Translations under genes and position numbers: made by a program
Part shown: positions 1 to 10,090 of the stretch, one piece after another
How positions within the stretch are numbered: position 1 is the first letter of the stretch
Layout: each line of letters begins with the position of its first letter
DNA from: Wolbachia endosymbiont of Onchocerca ochengi
Lineage (GTDB): Bacteria > Pseudomonadota > Alphaproteobacteria > Rickettsiales > Anaplasmataceae
Direction: 5' to 3'
NCBI RefSeq assembly: GCF_000306885.1
Contig: NC_018267.1
Location: 330,001 to 362,000 of the forward strand
DNA: 32,000 nt
Notes under the pieces: generated by a model
What the model was told of the DNA's origin: nothing
Databases searched by the model: none
What the model saw: the letters and a program-made list of their open reading frames with translations, nothing else

Positions 1-975
1 ACCATTCAACTGCTTTATTAAAATAACTCTTGTTTTTTACTGATTTAAATAGTCTGTCTTCCATAATAAAGAATTAAGTTTAATTACTACAATAATAAAA
101 TTCAAAAAATTTGAATCATATCTAATTTTTTTAAAAAATAAATGATTATATTACCTCGTTCTGCGATAAGATAAAATTTATCAATTCTGCTAATATCTAT
201 ATTTATCATTTTTGCATCAAAACTTCCAAGATCAGAGATATTATCATCTACACTCTTTTGTGGCAATTATAATAACGTAACTTATCTTGATCATCAAAAT
301 AACAAACTCATTAACAAGGATTCCAGCTTTTATTACTATCTATCTTTGATTGACTCAAATAAAACCAATAATACAATCTTGTAACCTAAGTTTGATAAGC
401 CCCCATGTAGCAAAAACTTAAGTACATAACCAAAATATTCCTTAAATTTAAATTACAATCTTTTTTACATTACTAAAATCTACGAATTTATATTCATCTA
501 AAAAATTGAAACATTGTGGACCATACTTTTTATATTCAAAAAACTCATAACTTATGATATTACAAAACATCAATTACTATCATTTAACTTAATAATCTTT
601 AAATAATGGAAACCATCAGGAATTTTTATTTTTTCTTTATAATATGATTACGTATAACAAACCTATCACCGAGTATATAACAACGAACACCCTTCGGGCA
701 AGATAAATACACTGATTGCAGTATTAGCTCAAAGCTAACCTCGTAAATATACCATTTAACAACTACTTCCCCTTTTTCATTTAATGTTACTCCTTAACCT
801 GCAACTATATTTTTAACCAAGTTTGATTCTTTTTACATATACCCCAACATAACACCCGCTAAAAATTCTACTGATTACCATATACTTAATCTATTCCCAA
901 TTAAATTGGGCACCTCAAACACCAAATTAACAGGATTTAACCACAAATTCAAATTAAAAGTACTATACTATATTT

Positions 976-1806
976 TCATAAAATTGATGTTATGATATTA
1001 ATTGCATTAGCTAAAACATGCTTTCTATCTAAGTGTAGTTGCTTAGCAGCAACAAAAAGCTCATCTATTTTTTTCCATTGACTTAGCAGAACTCCAACAT
1101 CACTCACACCTTTCTTTATACTTTCTAAAATGAAGGTTTGAATCATATATGATACTAATTCCAGCTCAATTTTGCTATTAATTACTTTATGAATCAATTC
1201 AGGATTATTTAAATTAGGAAGAAATTTATAAAAGGACCTATACGATTCATAATTATCGCTACTTATTGCACTTATTATCATTCCCGGTATCCCAGGAAAT
1301 AAAGTAATAATTTCATTAAACGTTTGATCATCAAATTTACATTGAGATGAAACAATTTGCTTTGTTTCATCGTAGGTCAGTGGCAGTAAATTTAGCTGAA
1401 AGCACCTATACTTAATAGTAGTTTGTATATTGTATGGCTTATGGCTCACTATAAATACCTTAGAGTTTTCTGGCGGTTCTTCTAGAATTTTTAATATTGC
1501 ATTTCTAGCATTCTTTGTCATCACCTCTAAACCATCTATTACAGCAACCTTGTATTTCGATTGAATAGGGCTTAAGTGCAGAAAATTTTTCATTTCTCTC
1601 ACCATTTCTACCCCTATTATATCACCCTCAACAATGTGCAAATCTAACGCTACCTCATTGCAATCTCCCACAAGAAACCAATTAGAAAAAGATTTTGCTA
1701 GTGTTGCTTTTCCTATACCTTTTTTACCGCAGATTAACCAAGATTGAACAGATAAGTTACTCATTAACTTCTTCTTAGCTTGATCGTGCCCTATTACCTT
1801 TTTCAT
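976..1806 (-). CDS. holB: DNA polymerase III delta' subunit-like AAA protein
   Basis: 276 aa ORF with clamp-loader features: MKKVIGHDQAKKKL, P-loop-like CGKKGIGKATLAKSF, and NARNAILKILEEPPENSKVFIVSH. Confidence 0.88.
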   Translation of the reverse strand: MKKVIGHDQAKKKLMSNLSVQSWLICGKKGIGKATLAKSFSNWFLVGDCNEVALDLHIVEGDIIGVEMVREMKNFLHLSPIQSKYKVAVIDGLEVMTKNARNAILKILEEPPENSKVFIVSHKPYNIQTTIKYRCFQLNLLPLTYDETKQIVSSQCKFDDQTFNEIITLFPGIPGMIISAISSDNYESYRSFYKFLPNLNNPELIHKVINSKIELELVSYMIQTFILESIKKGVSDVGVLLSQWKKIDELFVAAKQLHLDRKHVLANAINIITSIL

Positions 1807-1828
1807 TCTTCTTTCAATATATTTCTAC

Positions 1829-2434
1829 TCAAAAGTATATCTCACTTATCATTTGAAGCGAAATCATACCCTCCCTTATAACCTCAATCTTATCTTGAGT
1901 TAAGTCAATAATAGTAGACTCTATACCAGAAACTAATTTATCATCTTCAGCTACTGCTGATAAATGTTGTTTAATAGATTTAGGTATACCGCTAGCTTTA
2001 TATGCACCTTGTTCTCCTGAAATATTTACACTAGTTGCAACTAGTGGAGTTTTCAGTTCATTTAATATTGAAATTACAATAGGATGATCAGGAATTCTTA
2101 TACCTACGCTACCTTTAAAGAATTCATTTGGCAATATGTTGTTATTTTTAAGCGGTAAAATATAGGTAATTGGCCCAGGAGAAAAATGATTTACTAAATT
2201 AGTATACTTTTCCTCTAGCTTTGCTATTCTCGCCAAACTGGAAATATCATTAACGAATATAGATAGTGGTTTATTTTGAGAACGCTTCTTCACTTGGTAT
2301 ATTTTTTTTATAGCTCTGCTATCTAGTGCATTGCAAGCAAGAGCATAAATCGTTTCTGTTGGAAAACATACCAACAAGTTATTCCGTACAGCATTCACTA
2401 TTCTAGGTATCATATAGTTAAAACTTACATCCAC
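1829..2434 (-). CDS. tsaC: L-threonylcarbamoyladenylate synthase (Sua5/YrdC/TsaC family)
   Basis: 201 aa ORF with FPTETIYALACNALD, KRSQNKPLSIFV, SPGPITYILPLK and VGIRIPDHP motifs typical of the YrdC domain. Confidence 0.9.
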   Translation of the reverse strand: MDVSFNYMIPRIVNAVRNNLLVCFPTETIYALACNALDSRAIKKIYQVKKRSQNKPLSIFVNDISSLARIAKLEEKYTNLVNHFSPGPITYILPLKNNNILPNEFFKGSVGIRIPDHPIVISILNELKTPLVATSVNISGEQGAYKASGIPKSIKQHLSAVAEDDKLVSGIESTIIDLTQDKIEVIREGMISLQMISEIYF

Positions 2435-2503
2435 AGTAATTATTTTTTATATGAAGTAAACAATTTTACGTAACTTTTACAATATTACTTTCTTCTACCA
2501 AAC

Positions 2504-2532
2504 TTGACACGAAATGATATTATAGTTAATAC
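2504..2532 (+). promoter_or_regulatory. Possible sigma70-type promoter upstream of yajC
   Basis: TTGACA at 2504-2509, 17-nt spacer, TAATAC at 2527-2532. Confidence 0.4.
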
Positions 2533-2578
2533 TCAAGCAGGCTTACTTAAATTTACCACTAATAAACTAGGATTAAAT

Positions 2579-3004
2579 ATGTTCATTTCTAAAGTTTTTG
2601 CAGCAGATAAAGCTAGCAATGCATCAAGCATTGGTGCATCTTTTGCTAATCTTATCCCACTGATTTTAATAGTTGTAGTGTTTTATTTTTTTATTATTCG
2701 CCCACACTACAAAAAATTAAAAGAACTTAAAAAAATGATAGATCAAGTAAAGCGTGGTGATACTGTTGTTACTTCCGGTGGAATAATAGGCGAAGTCAAC
2801 AAGCTTGACGAAGCAAATGCACAGTTTGTAATAGAAATAGCGCCAAAGGTCGAAATAAAAGTTCTAAAATCTGCTATATCTGAAGTTTTAAATAAAGAAG
2901 TTCGAAAAGTAGTAGTCAAACCAACTGAAAAGAATAAAATCGAGAAGGAAGACAAAAAAATAAAAGTCAGTCAGATAAAAGTAAAAAGGGATAAAACAAA
3001 GTAA
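2579..3004 (+). CDS. yajC: Preprotein translocase subunit YajC
   Basis: Single TM LIPLILIVVVFYFFIIRPHYKKLKEL followed by VKRGDTVVTSGGIIGEV. The start is placed at ATG 2579 rather than the track's TTG at 2504, which coincides with a TTGACA hexamer. Confidence 0.88.
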   Translation: MFISKVFAADKASNASSIGASFANLIPLILIVVVFYFFIIRPHYKKLKELKKMIDQVKRGDTVVTSGGIIGEVNKLDEANAQFVIEIAPKVEIKVLKSAISEVLNKEVRKVVVKPTEKNKIEKEDKKIKVSQIKVKRDKTK

Positions 3005-3038
3005 AAGTAAAAACGCTTTGTAACTCTAAAACTTTGTT

Positions 3039-4855
3039 ATGTGTGGGATATTTAGTGTAGTAAGTGATGACAATTTGATAATACCAACTTTGCTAATCGG
3101 ATTGCGGAGATTTGAATATGGCAAGTATTCTTTTTCAAGCATAGTAATATAAACAATAAAGCAAGATGGAAGTTAAAAATCAAAAGACAGAGTTGAAAAG
3201 TTATTGAGGTTATTGATAATAGCAAAATGTCCAGCGATACACAGTTAGCATAGTACATGCTCGCTGGGCACAGAGTTCAGACCTTAAAAAGGTTCATCCT
3301 ATCTATACAAATAATATTGTTATTTCCATAACGGCATAACTGAAAATTGTAACTTGCTAAAAAATAACTTAGAAAAAAGGAAATACAGTTTCATATTGAC
3401 ACTGATACGGAAGTTATACTAAATATATTAACTATATATCTTAATAATGGGCTTTTGCCTATTGATTCTCTATCTAAGAGCTCAAGCAATTTGCATAGCT
3501 CATTCGCTTTAGTCTTATTATTTGTAGAATACCCAGATGCTTTACTTGTTGCAAAAAGAAATCTACCTTTAACAATAAGCTATAACTATAATACTTTATT
3601 TACTACGTCAGATTCTAATACTTTAAGCACACTTAAAAAGAATATCCCATCCGGAAGATGGTGACATTGCAGTAATAAATTCCAGCATAGTTGTCATATA
3701 TAATAACGATGTACGGTTTGAACGTAACACAGAAAGTAATAGTTCGAGCAATTTTTTAATTAGCAAAAATGGTTACCCCTAGCTTCACGTTAAAAGAAAT
3801 TTTCAAGCAACCTCGCACATTAAATAAAACAACAAAATCAATTTTATAAAAAGTATACAGAATCAATATTTGCCAACGAAAAACTATTTTCTAAGCTGAG
3901 TCATATTACTATAGTCGAACGTGAATCATCTTATTTCGCTATATTAATAGCGAAGTATTACCTGAAAGGTGTTGCTCAAGTCCTGGTATACTTAGAAATT
4001 TCATATCAAAATTTAGACATAGCAACATAAGATTAGAAGAAAGAAGTCTAAGGTTATTTATCTTAATCTGCAAAACTACAGATATCATAGAAGCGCTACG
4101 CTATGGAAAATCACAGAATAAATAACCATTAGCATAACTAATACATTAAACAGTAACGCTAAAAAATTTTAGATGTTGTATTACATACTCGTACTAGACC
4201 AGAAATTGATGTCGCTTCAACAAAAACTCTTTCTGCACAATTCACGGTTTTGGTTTTAGCATGCTTTGTTTTAAAGTTTACAAAAACAAAAGGTACATTT
4301 AAGTAAGAAGAGAATAAAGCAGTTAAGTAATACTATTAACTCTATCCCCAAATATATTAAGCATGTTTTAAACATAGCAAAAGTACAACCTGTATCAGGC
4401 AGTATACTAGAGCACAGCAGCATTATTTTAATCTACAGAAAAGCTCATACGGAGTTACAATGGAAGATACGTTAAAGATAAAAGATCTTTCACATATTAA
4501 TATCACCTGCATCACAGCAGGAAAGATAAACACAGTCAATTGCTTTAACAGATTCATCTGTATTTGTTATAATAAGCATCCTACACGATAATTTATTTTT
4601 TAAGATATTATCCAATATACAAGAAATTACTACAATAAAAAGTAAAGTGATTGCTTAAGCGACAAGCAAGAAGCACCATTTTAAAGAGAAGCTTGTATAG
4701 ATAGTGGTCCAAAAACTCCTAGGTACTGATAGTTGTTTTATCCCTAAGTAATCTATATAGTATAGCTATATAATTCCTTGTTTACTCAACTGCAATAAAA
4801 AAAGTATTAGATGCTGATTATTCAAGAAATTTAACTAAGTCTGTTATTGCCGAAC
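3039..4855 (+). pseudogene. glmS: Decayed glucosamine--fructose-6-phosphate aminotransferase (GlmS)
   Basis: Collinear fragments across changing frames and stops: MCGIFSVVSDDNLIIPTLLIGLRRFEYG..., TVSIVHARWAQSSDLKKVHPIYTNNIV, DTDTEVILNILTIYLNNG...SSFALVLLFVEYPDALLVAKR, DGDIAVINSSIVVIYNND, FTLKEIFKQPRT, IAKYYLKGVAQVLVYLEI, RPEIDVASTKTLSAQFTVLVLACF, and C-terminal DADYSRNLTKSVIAE. The order matches GlmS from N- to C-terminus. Confidence 0.9.
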
Positions 4856-5054
4856 AATTCATCCAGTGTTAGCTATAATACAATACTTTCATATCCATCA
4901 AATTATTCTGTCATAAATAAACTCTTCTGAATTATACCTTTATAATTAAGTCAAAAGGTTCTAATAAACAAAAAAATAATACTACTTAAGTCAGTTAGTG
5001 AACCCCATTCATTCCATGGTCAACTCCTTATAGAAAATCTATACTGTTGTATGC

Positions 5055-5084
5055 TTGACACTAAACTCCAGTTTTCTTTACAAT
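5055..5084 (+). promoter_or_regulatory. Possible sigma70-type promoter immediately upstream of era
   Basis: TTGACA at 5055-5060, 18-nt spacer, TACAAT at 5079-5084. Confidence 0.45.
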
Positions 5085-5091
5085 CTGTTTC

Positions 5092-5976
5092 GTGAAAAAA
5101 CAAAAATGTTTATTTGTTACTATAGCCGGGTTACCGAATGCTGGAAAGTCTACACTAATTAACAGCATTGTAGGCAGAAAGATCGCAATTGTTACTCCAA
5201 AAGTGCAAACAACCAGGACACAAATAAAGGGTATTACAATATTTAATGAAACACAAATTATCTTTACTGATTCTCCAGGAATCTTTTTAGCAGGAACAAA
5301 ACTTGAAAAAGCTTTAGTTAAATCTGCATGGTCAGCAATCAAAAGTGATGATATTACTTTGTTACTCGTTGATGTAAGCAATTACTTTAAAAGTATGGAG
5401 AGAATCAAAATCATATTCACACAATTACAGCACACAAAAGCAAGATGCATTTTGGTTATCAATAAGGTTGATCTGGTAAAAAAGCCTGAGATAAAGATGG
5501 CCTGTAAAGATTTGAGTTTGCTTTATAGATTTGAAAAGATTTTTGTAATATCAGCACTAAAAAGTAATGGACTTTCTAATTTGATGAATTACTTATCCGA
5601 AATTGCACCAGTGAGCCCTTGGTTTTATAGGAAAGATCAAGTAACTGATTCTTCTGCAAATTTCTTATCAGCAGAAACCACAAGAGAAAAATTATCCCTG
5701 AATTTACGTGAGGAATTACCATATTCTATAGCTATCATAACTGAACAATTTCAAGAAAAAAAAGATAAGAGTTTAGTCATAAAACAGATCATATTTGTGC
5801 TAAAGAACAGTCATAAAAAAATAGTGCTAGGAAAAAATGGTAGTTGTATTAAAAAAATTGGCATCGATGCACGCGCTGAACTAGAAAAATTATTTGAGCG
5901 CAAAGTCCATTTATTTTTATTTGTAAAAGTACGGTCTTGGACTGACCACCCTGAGGAATATATAAGTAATGCTTAA
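5092..5976 (+). CDS. era: GTPase Era
   Basis: 294 aa, GTG start, G1 GLPNAGKSTL, G3 DSPGIF, G4 NKVD, and a C-terminal KH-like segment HKKIVLGKNGSCIKKIGIDAREELE-type. Confidence 0.95.
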   Translation: MKKQKCLFVTIAGLPNAGKSTLINSIVGRKIAIVTPKVQTTRTQIKGITIFNETQIIFTDSPGIFLAGTKLEKALVKSAWSAIKSDDITLLLVDVSNYFKSMERIKIIFTQLQHTKARCILVINKVDLVKKPEIKMACKDLSLLYRFEKIFVISALKSNGLSNLMNYLSEIAPVSPWFYRKDQVTDSSANFLSAETTREKLSLNLREELPYSIAIITEQFQEKKDKSLVIKQIIFVLKNSHKKIVLGKNGSCIKKIGIDARAELEKLFERKVHLFLFVKVRSWTDHPEEYISNA

Positions 5977-6793
5977 TTCCTTACTGGTGTTTGACATTGA
6001 AACTATACCAGATGTAAACTCCTGCAAGAATCTCCTTAATATCAGTGATGGTAGTAGTGTGAAAGAAAAAAGAGATGCATTGACAAAGTATCATCTCGAA
6101 ATAACAAATGGACACAATCCTTTTCTTCATCAGCTTCTTCATCATATTGTAGTTATCAGTTTTTTATCCTGCAGTATAAGCTACAGGAATGGCTATGAGA
6201 CATTCAAACTACAAGAAATTAGTTCTGGTGGTACACTAAATTCCAGTGAAAAAGAACTAGTGAAAGAATTTTTCAGTTACATATCAAAGAAAAGACCGAG
6301 ATTGATCTCATTTAATGGACGTACTTTTGATATGCCGGTGCTAAAATACCGTGCCATGGTCCATGGCATTCAAGCAGAATACTTTTATAAAGCTGGCGAC
6401 AAGTGGAATAGCTACAATCAAAGATATAGTAGTGATTGGCACTGTGATCTACTTGAGTCTCTCTCTGATTTCGGAGCTTCTGCGAAAGTAAAAATGAATG
6501 AAGTTTGTGCAGTACTTAATCTCCCTGGTAAAACTGGAGTTGATGGATCACAAGTTATGGACTTATATGACAATGGTAAGATACAAAAAATTCGAAATTA
6601 TTGTGAAACAGATGTAGTTAACACTTACCTGATTTACCTACGATTTATGCATCATCAAGGAAGAATCACTACTGAAAGTTATAACAAAAGTGTAGAAGAG
6701 CTGCTCTCGGAATGTGAAAAAAAGGCACACTTAAAAAAATTTAAAGAAGAATGGAAAATGATCTGTGATGGAAAGTTTTATATTAAATTCTAA
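5969..6793 (+). CDS. Predicted 3'-5' exonuclease related to the PolB exonuclease domain
   Basis: 274 aa with LLVFDIETIPD, LISFNGRTFDMPVL and YCETDVVNTYLIYLRF motifs. Start overlaps the era stop by 8 nt. Confidence 0.85.
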   Translation: MLNSLLVFDIETIPDVNSCKNLLNISDGSSVKEKRDALTKYHLEITNGHNPFLHQLLHHIVVISFLSCSISYRNGYETFKLQEISSGGTLNSSEKELVKEFFSYISKKRPRLISFNGRTFDMPVLKYRAMVHGIQAEYFYKAGDKWNSYNQRYSSDWHCDLLESLSDFGASAKVKMNEVCAVLNLPGKTGVDGSQVMDLYDNGKIQKIRNYCETDVVNTYLIYLRFMHHQGRITTESYNKSVEELLSECEKKAHLKKFKEEWKMICDGKFYIKF

Positions 6794-7359
6794 AGTAACT
6801 AGTAGATTCAAATTATATGTTATTCTTACTATAGCTTTATTCTATACACAAAAACTGCAATTGTATGAATACCATAATTTAAGTCTACCAGGAGAATATA
6901 GTCCAAGCACTAACACTTTTTACGATTGACGTAATGAAAGTAGCCACCTATGATGACGTCCTAGTACGTGATGCTGGAAATTCAATGCCACTTTATAATA
7001 GCATCTCCAAGTACTTCCTTGTTCCCAGAACTTAGGAAACTCACTTTCAATTAAGTGGTTGTATAATAAAGATTAGATTTCAGTGCTACGCGTCAAAATA
7101 GCGTCTCCTATTATAAATAGCAAATGTTCATTCATAATTGAAATTAACTTATAAACACCCAAAAAATTTATCAAATAGAGAAAAAAGGGAAAAGAAACCC
7201 TAATTGCTATACAATAGTCACTTCACTGAATTCTGCACAGATTGAAGGAAAATGAATATTTCTATCATTAGAGGAAATTTTGTTAAGAGGATTTTGCACT
7301 TAATCATATTTCTATTATCTTACAATTTTTGTATAATCTATAAGTTCGATCGGCAAATT

Positions 7360-8286
7360 ATGAAGATAATAATAGGTAGTGCTAGTAAAGAATTAGGAAA
7401 ATCAATAGTTAACAAGCTAAATATTCAATCATCCATTGTTCAGGTATCAAGATTTGCAGATGGTGAGATGAACGTACACGTAAAAGACGATGTCTATAAT
7501 CAAGAGGTATATATAATACAGTCAATTTCTTCTCCTGCAAATGATAATCTTATGGAGCTTCTGCTTACAATTGATACAGTAAAAAGATTAGGAGCTAAAA
7601 GAATAACAACAATCATTCCTTATTATGGATATAGTAGACAAGATAGGACTATTAAAAATAATAATATGCAATCTGCTTTAGGTGCTAAATTAGCCGCAAA
7701 CCTTATTCAAACTGCAGGTACAAGCAGTGTCGCAGTTATCGATTTGCATTCAAATCAAATCGAAGGGTTTTTCGATGTACCAATAACCAATTTGAGCTGC
7801 TTTGAAGTATTTGTTGAATCTACACACACAGAAAATTTAGCAATAGTTGCACCTGATGTTGGAGCAATCGGTAGAGCACGTGCTTTTGCAAAGACTTTAG
7901 AGAAAGAGCATAAGATAAAATTGAGTGATGAGATCATTATAATAGATAAATATAGAGAGAAAGCAGGCACATCTCAAGTAATGAACATAATAGGAGAGGT
8001 GACAAGTAAAAATTGTGTTATTGTTGACGATATAGTTGATTCTGGTGGAACATTATGTAATGCAGCTTCTGCTTTAAAAAGTTACGGAGCAAGATCTGTA
8101 ATTTCATGCGTAACACATAGCGTCCTTTCAGGAAATGCAGTTGAAAAAATCTATTCCTCTTCTCTAGATAAATTAGTAATTACAGATACTATACTTCATA
8201 AACTCGAAAAAACTGGTAAAATAAAAGTTGTTTCGATCGCAAATGTTTTAACTCGTTTCATTCAAGGAGATAAAGATGCCAATTAA
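7360..8286 (+). CDS. prs: Ribose-phosphate pyrophosphokinase
   Basis: MKIIIGSASKELGKSI, RFADGEMNVHVKDDVYNQEVYIIQS, PYYGYSRQDR and the PRPP-binding motif CVIVDDIVDSGGTL. The track ORF starts at 7252, but homology starts at M37 (7360). Confidence 0.93.
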   Translation: MKIIIGSASKELGKSIVNKLNIQSSIVQVSRFADGEMNVHVKDDVYNQEVYIIQSISSPANDNLMELLLTIDTVKRLGAKRITTIIPYYGYSRQDRTIKNNNMQSALGAKLAANLIQTAGTSSVAVIDLHSNQIEGFFDVPITNLSCFEVFVESTHTENLAIVAPDVGAIGRARAFAKTLEKEHKIKLSDEIIIIDKYREKAGTSQVMNIIGEVTSKNCVIVDDIVDSGGTLCNAASALKSYGARSVISCVTHSVLSGNAVEKIYSSSLDKLVITDTILHKLEKTGKIKVVSIANVLTRFIQGDKDAN

Positions 8287-8359
8287 GTCAACAGAGGATG
8301 TAATCACTTCACTAATAGAATTTGTAAATAAGAGAAAAGTAACAATTACACAGGAAGAA

Positions 8360-8629
8360 ATGCTTAAAATTGCACAACTTGTAAGAATTAAATTATCAAA
8401 TGATGAAATTGAGCATTACTCCAAGGAGTTAACAATGTTGAATTGGATACATGATACTTTATTGCAAGTTAATACTGAAGGTGTTTCCCCTGTACGCTAT
8501 GGTGCTATAGACAAGGTCATTCACGTGCACGATGATGTTGTCGATTCTCAAAATATTAAAGAAGAAATATTATCCAACACAAAATCTGAACATGGATATT
8601 TTGTAGTGCCAAAGGCTATAAACGATTAA
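8360..8629 (+). CDS. gatC: Asp-tRNA(Asn)/Glu-tRNA(Gln) amidotransferase subunit C
   Basis: MLKIAQLVRIKLSNDEIEHYSKELTMLNWI...VSPVRYG matches GatC. The track start at 8276 adds 28 aa and overlaps prs; an AGGA sits just upstream of ATG 8360. Confidence 0.85.
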   Translation: MLKIAQLVRIKLSNDEIEHYSKELTMLNWIHDTLLQVNTEGVSPVRYGAIDKVIHVHDDVVDSQNIKEEILSNTKSEHGYFVVPKAIND

Positions 8630-8811
8630 AATAAGGCCGGCACTAAACTTTCTAAAAAAACAGTAAAAATCTATACGGCCTTGAATATAATCTCAACCAA
8701 AAATATAACTTAGTCAATGAAAATATAGAGTTGTTTATTATAATTGAAAGGTTCAATGACTTTGCTTGAACATTTGATATAATAAAATTATAAAGTCTAT
8801 TAAAGTCTAGC

Positions 8812-10038
8812 ATGAATGAGGTAATAACGTTTGGTTGTCGTCTAAATTTTTATGAAAGCGAACTAATCAAAGAAGAACTAAGAAAAGCAAAAAGAGAAAA
8901 TATCATTGTAGTACATAGCTGTGCAGTAACAAATGAAGCAGAACGTCAGGTAAAGCAAAAAATACGTAAGATTCATAAAAATAATCCAAACAAAGAGATT
9001 ATTGTAGTTGGTTGTGCCGTTCAATTAGATCCTGAATCGTATAGTAATATCCCTGGTGTAAGCAAAGTATTGAACAATCAAGATAAGCTAAAAGCTTCAA
9101 GTTATTTGCTAAATAATGATAAGATATTAGTCAATGGTGACCAACCAAGTACTCTTTTAATCAATAAATTTGAAGATAAGTCAAGAGCATTTATTAAAAT
9201 CCAAAACGGCTGTAATCATAGTTGCACATTTTGCTCAATCACTAAAGCAAGAGGAAATAACCGATCTATGCCAGTAAGCAGTATTATTGAGCAAATCAAG
9301 ATTTTTGTAGCAAATGATTATCAGGAAGTAGTGTTCACAGGAGTTGATATTACTGATTTTGGTACAGATCTATTTGGCAAACCTTCGCTTGGTTCAATGA
9401 TCAAGAAAGTTTTAAAGGATGTTCCAGAATTAAGAAGGCTTAGACTTTCTTCTATTGATGTTGCTGAAGTCGACGATGAATTAATGGACTTAATAGTCAA
9501 CGAACCAAGGTTTACACCACATTTGCACTTAAGCTTACAATCTGGCAATAACTTAATCCTAAAAAGAATGAAACGTCGTCACAGCAGGGAACAAGTGATA
9601 GAATTTTGCCATAAAGTAAAAAACTTAAGATCTGACATGGCATTTGGTGCTGATATTATCGCTGGGTTCCCAACAGAAACTGATGAAATGTTTCAGGATA
9701 CAGTGAATCTCTTAAAGGAAGCAAACATAGTTTACTTGCATGCTTTTCCATATTCAAAGCGGAAAAACACACCTGCAGCACGGATGCCACAAGTGCCAGA
9801 GAATGTGCGTAAAGAGCGAATAAAGAACTTGAGAAGAACGAATAAAGAAATGATAGACAATTTTTATCAATCTTTGATAGGTACTAAACAAAGTGTTCTG
9901 GTTGAACAAAATAATATTGGCAGAGCAGAAAATTTTGCACCAGTAAAGCTCTTATCAAAGGCTCAGGTCAAAAGTATTGTGGAAGCTAATGTTATAGGAA
10001 TAGAAAAAAATCATTTAATCGGAAGTATTCTTTCTTGA
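8812..10038 (+). CDS. mtaB: tRNA t(6)A37 methylthiotransferase MtaB-type radical SAM enzyme
   Basis: 408 aa; N-terminal TFGCRLNFYESE; radical SAM cluster GCNHSCTFCSITKARG; IIAGFPTETDEMFQDT. Confidence 0.9.
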   Translation: MNEVITFGCRLNFYESELIKEELRKAKRENIIVVHSCAVTNEAERQVKQKIRKIHKNNPNKEIIVVGCAVQLDPESYSNIPGVSKVLNNQDKLKASSYLLNNDKILVNGDQPSTLLINKFEDKSRAFIKIQNGCNHSCTFCSITKARGNNRSMPVSSIIEQIKIFVANDYQEVVFTGVDITDFGTDLFGKPSLGSMIKKVLKDVPELRRLRLSSIDVAEVDDELMDLIVNEPRFTPHLHLSLQSGNNLILKRMKRRHSREQVIEFCHKVKNLRSDMAFGADIIAGFPTETDEMFQDTVNLLKEANIVYLHAFPYSKRKNTPAARMPQVPENVRKERIKNLRRTNKEMIDNFYQSLIGTKQSVLVEQNNIGRAENFAPVKLLSKAQVKSIVEANVIGIEKNHLIGSILS

Positions 10039-10090
10039 CTTTTTAATACAAGAGAAATGTGTAGTAATATCAAAAATTATAAGCTTATTC

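Noticed and set aside
2743-2955. 70 aa minus-strand ORF MSSFSILFFSVGL...
   Set aside because: Antisense shadow of yajC; no family features.
3052-3258. 68 aa minus-strand ORF MYYANCVSLDILLL...
   Set aside because: Antisense to the decayed glmS N-terminal region, which explains the same DNA better.
3455-3664. 69 aa plus-strand ORF as a stand-alone gene
   Set aside because: It is an internal fragment of the glmS remnant (SSSNLHSSFALVLLFVEYPDALLVAKR), not an independent gene.
5061-5381. 106 aa minus-strand ORF MLTSTSNKVISSLL...
   Set aside because: Antisense to the era GTPase domain; era motifs are clear on the plus strand.
6840-7080. Fragment MKVATYDDVLVRDAGNSMPLYN resembling a GuaB start
   Set aside because: Too short, no downstream continuation of IMPDH motifs found in any frame; likely coincidence.
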